Below, piece after piece: positions 57,301 to 64,000 of a stretch of DNA of 64,000 nucleotides (positions are counted from its first letter, which is position 1; every line of letters begins with the position of its first letter). The DNA comes from Macrostomum lignano (lineage: Eukaryota). Location of the stretch: contig NIVC01000293.1 of assembly GCA_002269645.1 (NCBI GenBank), positions 434,001 to 498,000 of the forward strand. The letters run 5' to 3'. Both the position numbers and the translations under genes were made by a program. The notes under the pieces are model-generated. The model was not told the DNA's origin. It was given only the letters and a program-made list of their open reading frames with translations, and did no database searches.

Positions 57301-59808
57301 GCACAAGTGGTATACTGTTCAAAACTCACCTAAATGAGTATCTCTGGCCTAAACTCTCAAATAAGTTACATGGTACACTAGAAAAAGTGACCCCCTACAC
57401 TATAAATTCAAGTTTATGCCAGAAAAAAACTAATTTACTCATGATATATATGCTAGACATTATCAGAAAGGCAGTGCAACAAAAATTTTTGCTCAATTTT
57501 GCCTAAAAAACTCTGACATAAACTAGACACCTTCCTGACAAAAGGCAATAGAAGACCCTTCCTTGTATTACCTATCTCTGGAAGATCTAGTATATGCTAT
57601 AAAATCCTGGCATGCATTTGAAAATATCTACATGCATAATATGAATTGAAAATATCAGCGTACATGTTGTGCAACTGAAAGGAAATGTAGTTGTCAGCAT
57701 GCATAATTGGCATGCAATGTGTATTATGGGGCATCAGTATAGGACATAGCTGCATATGATAGACTATAGTCTCGTGGACATGCTGGTCATATGGAAACAT
57801 TTTTTGGCTGTCTTAGAAGTTATATCTGGCATGAGGCTAGTAGTCATGCTTTATACCTAGGGCTATGAGGCATTGCAACAGTAAAGGACCTTTCTACTAT
57901 GTAATCTTCTGTCTATGTGCCTAGGAATTTTTACCAAAAAGGCTACTATAAAACCTATAGTTTGGAAGTTGACATGGGTACTTGCCATTTTCAGTACACA
58001 TCAGCCTATATCCCAGCGTATTATAAAATAATGGAAAATTTACATTGTCATTATGGAAAAGGAATAATAAAAAACAATTTAGAAGTTTCTGCCCTAAAAA
58101 ACTTGTTTTTTCTCATTTTTTAGCAAATAAAAAGTATTCATTTGGTATTTATCCCTCAGCATAGTACAGTATGTGCAGCTATCTTTGTGCATAGCTGTTT
58201 TCAAGATCCCAATCCTAATCAATTTTAATTTCAATCAGTTTTAATAAATGTAATTTAACAGAAAATATTACTTGATTAACTTTTTATGCATGAATAAATT
58301 AAAACATTTTATTGCTTTTGCTTCTATTTATATCTCTTACTTTTATACACTTTGTTATATTGCATATTAGTTATGCACCATACAAACCATGGTAAACTTA
58401 TCAACACAGTTGACAAATAAAAAATTGACAAGTTTACCTAGATCCAAATTTTCTGGTAGGCCTATATATAAGATATATGGCCTAATTGGCCTTTGTCTCT
58501 AGTACTGTCTCTTCTTGTGGAAAAATTGCACATTAGGCCCTATTATTGATTGTTAACTAGCCCAATGCTAAAAACTTTATTAAAATTAAAACTCTTTTTT
58601 TAATGTTATAATCAAAATAATTTAATGCAACAAACTAGAACTTTCCCAGAAATGTAATTTCTTGGCTTGATATATTCTGCTTTGTCAAATAATTATTAAA
58701 ATATTTTTAATTTTTAGTATTAATTAGCTTAAAAATTATGGAATATTAATTATAACTTGTTTTCTTGGATAACAATAACAAAAGTACTAATAACTTATTT
58801 TTTGACATGATAAATTGACCTACTTAAATAGAAGGATCAAACCTAGAACTAGTCCTATGGCCTATATAAGCCATTGCCCATCATCTTCTAACAGGCCTTG
58901 GCTATCTATCATCCATACTCAGGAAGGTGGCCTGCACGTGGGAATTTTCCTGCGTGCACAAGCCACGCTAAAATTTTGGCATGCAAAGTTGGCGTGCAAA
59001 TAGGGGTCTCAAGCCACGCCTAAATTTTCAGCGTACAAGTTTTTTACTTGGCGTGTAACCTTGGCATGTAATTACAAACTGACAGTATATCAACAAGTCA
59101 GATATAGATGTATACACCAAATATATACAATATATAAAGTTAAACGTGAACAATTGAAATTGAATATTGATTAAACCAACTAGTTGAGGCTACAGCCTAG
59201 CCTACAGCCAGGCCTACACTCTATAGCCTACATTAAAATTAAAATATCCAATAACTTTTAAACGCTCTTATTTTGTGACTCTTGTAGACTTTTAGTTTAT
59301 TTGTTTCTTGAAATGTGAAGAAAAAGTTTTGATACTCACTATGTTCTTTGTAGCGAATTTCCTTTTTTTATATAAACTTTGTTTAACATAAGTAGAAAAT
59401 TTATTTAAAAATAGTGTCTAATATAGTATACACAATTTTCGGCATACATGATTTTTGGTATTCAAGATTTTTGGCGTGCAACAGAAATGTCATGTTAAGG
59501 GTTTTAAAAAATTGGCGTACATTGGCGTGCACTAAGGATTTTTCCATAAATTGATTCCCGCGTGCACTTGCCACCTTCCTGACTATGGAAGACTATGATA
59601 GACTATCATTAATGTATTTTTATTGTAAATTTACATTTTTACTTTTTAGTATCAATTTAATAGACACTAAACTACAAAAAACCTTTAATTAGGCTATATA
59701 AAACTAAGTGAAGTCTTAACATGTTATGGACTTACAGAAAAATTCAGAAACCGTCTTTGTAGATCCTTTTAGTGTTATGGCGTGCTTTGTTTTCTGTGCG
59801 ACAGGCAT
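54317..59808 (-). CDS. MAD2: Spindle checkpoint protein MAD2 (HORMA); exons 59808-59736, 56263-56117, 54931-54808, 54687-54584, 54492-54317; 207 aa
   Basis: AITLKGS..VSEFF, NSILYQRGIYP..QKYGL, VERWQFDI, VIRQI.ASVTFLP, SFELLIY, VKLKSFTTSIHKVDSLVAYK. Exon lengths sum to 624 nt with consistent phases. Confidence 0.96.
55015..56050. repeat. 28-bp minisatellite (GCTGGCCCAGCAACTGAGGATCTGGGAG)n, ~36 copies
   Basis: Direct reading; fills MAD2 intron 2. Confidence 0.96.
58912..59589. mobile_element. MITE-like element with ~35-bp imperfect TIRs, in MAD2 intron 1
   Basis: TCCATACTCAGGAAGGTGGCCTGCACGTGGGAAT versus reverse complement of ATTCCCGCGTGCACTTGCCACCTTCCTGACTATGGA. No clear TSD. Confidence 0.65.
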
Positions 59809-61363
59809 TATGAAATTATAGCTTCAAATGATTGATTTGCAACGATGTTCGTATCAAGCATCCAATAGTGATACTAAGAGATATCTAGCCTAGTCGAATG
59901 TGTAACTCCAACGATGGTCGAGCAGGCAAGGCGCAGCGGTCCGCGGACCTGCACGTGTAGAAATGAAAGTTAAATAATTATTACTGAGTATATTCTAAAA
60001 TATTGTACAAAATAATTTCATAAAATCAGAAGTTTGCACTATATATACTAGATAAGCAATTTCTAGGATTCAAGAATAAAAAACAATCGCGTATACGCTT
60101 GTTAATTTAATATTGCGCGAAATCTCCCGCACTTTTTCAAAACTCAATGCTGGCTAAAGCCTGTTTCTGAATTAGAAATCTCAGGTGCTGCTTACCCTTC
60201 ATATTATTTCATGTTCAATTATCAAGGTACCGGTAATTAACCTGTCCCTGCCTTTCATTCTCTCCACTCTTCTGTACTACACCGCTTTGTCGATCGATCC
60301 CCTCAATCGATCGATCCTTCCGATTTCCTCCTGCTTGACTCACCAGTTGCTAGCTAATCCCGGGCCTTTTTGCTTCCTACCTTTAGCAGAGTTTCTTACT
60401 TTTAGCATAGATTAACTTTATAGAAAGTCTGATATCATATGTACAGATGTCTATATGCGTACATGAATCCATAATATAACTTAATTCACTTTTATGCAAC
60501 GCTAATCCAGTCAGGAACACGCCAAAAAGGACTCGCGGTTTCATAGGATTGAACCATTCATGAACCATAGTGTTTTTGCACTAAATGCATTTAATGTAAT
60601 TGACGCGACAATAAATTTAACAAAATAATAAAACTACAATACAATAATTGAGACAATTTACTAAATTAGGACAATAAGTACTTTGCCATTTTGGCATGCA
60701 TGTGTGATATATTTTAAAGGTTTTATTAGTATAAACGATTTTAATACGAAGTAAAACAATTTAATTAAACCATATTTGTGATGTACTATTTAATTTCTAT
60801 TTCTGAAATACTTAGTCACAAATAATATATTTATATGGATTCTTATGAAATATACAGACAAAAACCAATTTAAATGAAAAAAATTTTAGGCTCAAACTAA
60901 CATTTTGTTTGACGCACACTCGATGCTGTAGCTTCAATCGCTCTTTTGTTAACTGGTTTAAATCAAAATGCCAATTAAGTTTATGTAGTTTTACAACTGG
61001 TAATCAGTGAAAATTTAAATCAGAACTGAAAATGAATGTAATTCGAGAGTTTTATTAAGTACTTACACAATTAAAAAACTACTTGACTTCGATGAGATTA
61101 CCAGGGTTAAATTTATGTACTCGTGCATGTACGTACCAATGCGCAATGCGCGATTCACAATTATAATCTTAATTTTCCAAGAAACATCCATACGAGCGTA
61201 TGCTGTCTAAGGACTTTAAGTTATTTGTGTGGAAGAAGTAGGTGCATAGCTAGCATTCTAACAGTGAACTTTTCATCTAACTCACGATGACTTAAATTAT
61301 CAAATAAGACGTTTAATCAAAAATTTTTATTCGTTAGTAAAATATTCGAATTTGGAATCGCTC

Positions 61364-64000
61364 TTAAGCGTAGAATGCTGATTGAGAATCCTTTCCAGTT
61401 TCGACCTTCAAAGTTACTTTAGCTTTCGTCGGCTCCTTGAGAAGTTGTCTCAGCCTCTCCGCCACATCCGCTGGCGTGGGCCGTTGGGCAGGGTTCGACT
61501 GAATGCAGTCCTCAATCAGAGTGCTAATCTCGTCGTTAATCTCTTCGAATTTTGGCGGAGATTTGCTACCGAAGCTGAAGATAATTGGGAAAACTGACTG
61601 ACTGACTGACTGACTGACTGACTGACTGACTGACTGACTGACTGACTGACTGACTGACTGACTGACTGACTGACTGACTGACTGACTGACTGACTGACTG
61701 ACTAACTGACTGACTGACTGACTGACTGACTGACTGACTGACTGACTGACTGACTGACTGACTGACTGACTGACTGACTGACTGACTGACTGACTGACTG
61801 ACTGACTGACTGACTGACTGACTGACTGACTGACTGACTGACTGACAGTAGCAACTCACATCAAAGCTTTCAAAACAGCACCCAAACTGAAGGTGTCCGC
61901 GCTGGCAAAATTGACAGATCGAATCTGTCCAACAGCAGCAGCAACTGCTGGCTGTGGCAGAAGCTCGGGAGGACAGCCACTCGATGGCAGGGTTGCCTCA
62001 CGACGCAGGAGCAGCAATGGGGTGTAGCGACCTTGACCAACATCAGACAGTCGAACAGAACGATTTTCGGGCGAAACCTTCGCGGGTTAGCGTTAGAAAA
62101 TGTATTGTTATTACTAATGAGAAATGGAGATGGGATGCTAGACATGAGAAATGGAGATGAGATGCTAGACATGAGAAATGGAAATGGGATGCTAGACATG
62201 AGAAATGGAGATGGGATGCTAGACATGAGAAATGGAAATGGGATGCTAGACATGAGAAATGGAGATGAGATGCTAGACATGAGAAATGGAAATGGGATGC
62301 TAGACATGAGAAATGGAAATGGGATGCTAGACATGAGAAAAGGAGATGAGATGCTAGACATGAGAAATGGAAATGGGATGCTAGACATGAGAAATGGAGA
62401 TGAGATGCTAGACATGAGAAATGGAAATGGGATGCTAGACATGAGAAATGGAGATGAGATGCTAGACATGAGAAATGGAGATGAGATGCTAGACATGAGA
62501 AATGGAGATGGGATGTTAGACATGAGAAATGGAGATCGGATGCTAGACATGAGAAATGGAGATGAGATGCTAGACATGAGAAATGGAGATGGGATGCTAG
62601 ACATGAGAAATGGAGATGGGATGTTAGACATGAGAAATGGAGATGAGATGCTAGACATGAGAAATGGAGATGGGATGCTAGACATGAGATAGACACAAGA
62701 CAGCGTATTCCTATATTTTGGATACCCCCCCTAGCAACTGTACAACTCACAAATATGTTGCCCATATGCAAGTTCAGATGAGGCTGACCATCCAGATGCA
62801 TCTGAGCGAGCGATTCGGCAATGTTCAAACCAATTTTTAGCCTGTCAGACAGAGACAAAGTCTGACAGAGCTCACTCAGTTGCTGCTCCATATTAAACGG
62901 CAATCTCTCAGTCCAAACCAGTAATTTCCATAGCGTAGGCCTATCGTTCAGCCTCTTGAGCTGAAGGTGCTCAATGCGGACTAGAGAGTCTCTGGTTGAT
63001 GTGCTGCGAATTTGAGGGAATGCGATGTGGAGAAGTTGATGGCTATGTGTAGTTCTTATTAGAGAGGCTATCGATGGAATGGGGTAGAATGGAAAGGGTA
63101 GAATGAAGGAGTATAATTAAAGGAGTAGAATGGAAAGCGTGGAATAGAAAGGGGTAAAATGGATAGGTCGAATCGAAGGTGGTACAATGGAAGGGTTGGA
63201 ATGGAAAGGGTTAGAATTAAAAAGGTAGAATAGAAGGGGTACAATGGAAAGGGTAGAATGGCAGGGGTATAATGGCAGGGGTAGAATGGAAAGGTAGAAT
63301 AGAAAGGGGTAGAATGGCAGGTGTAGAATGGCAGAGGTAGAATGGCAGGTGTAGAATGGCAGGGGTGGAATGGCAGGGGTGGAATGGCAGGGGTAGACTG
63401 GCAGGGGTAGACTGGCAGGGGTAGACTGGCAGGGGTAGACTGGCAGGGGTAGACTGGCAGGGGTACCGTGTAAGGCGTGGTAATAGAGCGCTTGGACAAG
63501 TTATTTCTCAGAAAATAATCTCATCGGAGGCACCTGACACTCTGGGCTTAACCCTAATTCCCACGCCACCCCCTTCTTATGTTGAACCCTCAGTCACCAG
63601 CTGTAGTGCAGAGCGGCAGCCATTGCAGTCAGCTGTCTGTCGTCCAAGTAGATCTTCTTGAGCACCAGAGTTTTGCGGCTAGTCTCGGCTTTGAGTCTCT
63701 TCTCAGCGTACACTGGGCTGCCTTGAGATCCGATGGCGATGCAGCTAAGGCTCTGCTTGAGCAGTTTGCTACACTCCGTCTCTGACAGTACCGATCGGAG
63801 TCGAAGCCAGAGTTTCAAACAGGTTGAACTGATCTCACGAAGCATATTTTTGCGATTTTTTAGTTTTTTTAGAAACGATTCCACGGGCTTGACAGCTCGA
63901 TCAACGGCTGTCATGGTGTCAGTTTGAGCAACGTGAATGAGTGTGGTGAGCTGCTCCAAGGACTGCTTCAATAGAGGCTTCAGATCGGCGAAGCCTGAGG
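61364..64000 (-). CDS. 3' part of a protein pseudokinase (TKL/DSTYK-like fold); exons (window edge)-63598, 63042-62751, 62077-61860, 61574-61364
   Basis: Degenerate Gly-loop IGSQGSPVY, LVLKK, RLKIGLNIAESLAQMH..PHLNLHMGNIFV, LSDVG, PPE, ADTFSLG, LIEDCIQSNPAQRPT. Splice phases 2, 0, 2 are consistent. Confidence 0.8.
61594..61846. repeat. (ACTG)n microsatellite, ~63 units
   Basis: Direct reading; fills a pseudokinase intron. Confidence 0.99.
62115..62692. repeat. 27-bp minisatellite (ATGAGAAATGGAGATGGGATGCTAGAC)n, ~21 copies
   Basis: Direct reading; fills a pseudokinase intron. Confidence 0.97.
63070..63465. repeat. 15-bp minisatellite (GGCAGGGGTAGAATG/GACT)n grading into a degenerate purine-rich tract
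   Basis: Direct reading; fills a pseudokinase intron. Confidence 0.9.

Noticed and set aside
61566-63499. (SVSQ)n, (MRNGDEMLD)n and (PFYP)n ORFs
   Set aside because: They are translations of intronic micro- and minisatellites between pseudokinase exons.

Overview
This is eukaryotic (animal) genomic DNA with GT-AG introns, AT-rich intergenic DNA and many minisatellites. The style resembles a free-living flatworm such as Macrostomum, but that is inference only. Genes I could splice by hand with consistent intron phases: snurportin-1 (4 exons, minus), an intronless TSR3-METTL6 fusion ORF (minus), a PPM1E/F-like PP2C phosphatase (3 exons, minus), a 5-exon C14orf93/DUF4616-like gene (plus), MAD2 (5 exons, minus), the 3' part of a pseudokinase (minus), and the first exon of a THAP-domain gene resembling THAP-CtBP (minus). 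The 16.3-kb first intron of snurportin-1 is mostly a very homogeneous 30-bp satellite. It is interrupted by an apparently full-length LOA/R1-group non-LTR retrotransposon (ORF1; APE-RT-RNase H-CCHC ORF2; TAATG stop-start overlap; (TAAG)n tail; 13-bp target-site duplication). Also present are a tRNA-derived SINE, a Gypsy integrase remnant, a decayed Crypton-like tyrosine recombinase next to a 156-bp hairpin, two MITE-like elements and about 20 tandem arrays, many of them filling introns. The most novel-looking items are the TSR3-METTL6 fusion and the satellite-embedded retrotransposon. All family assignments come from motif recognition without database searches, and repeat boundaries and copy numbers are approximate.
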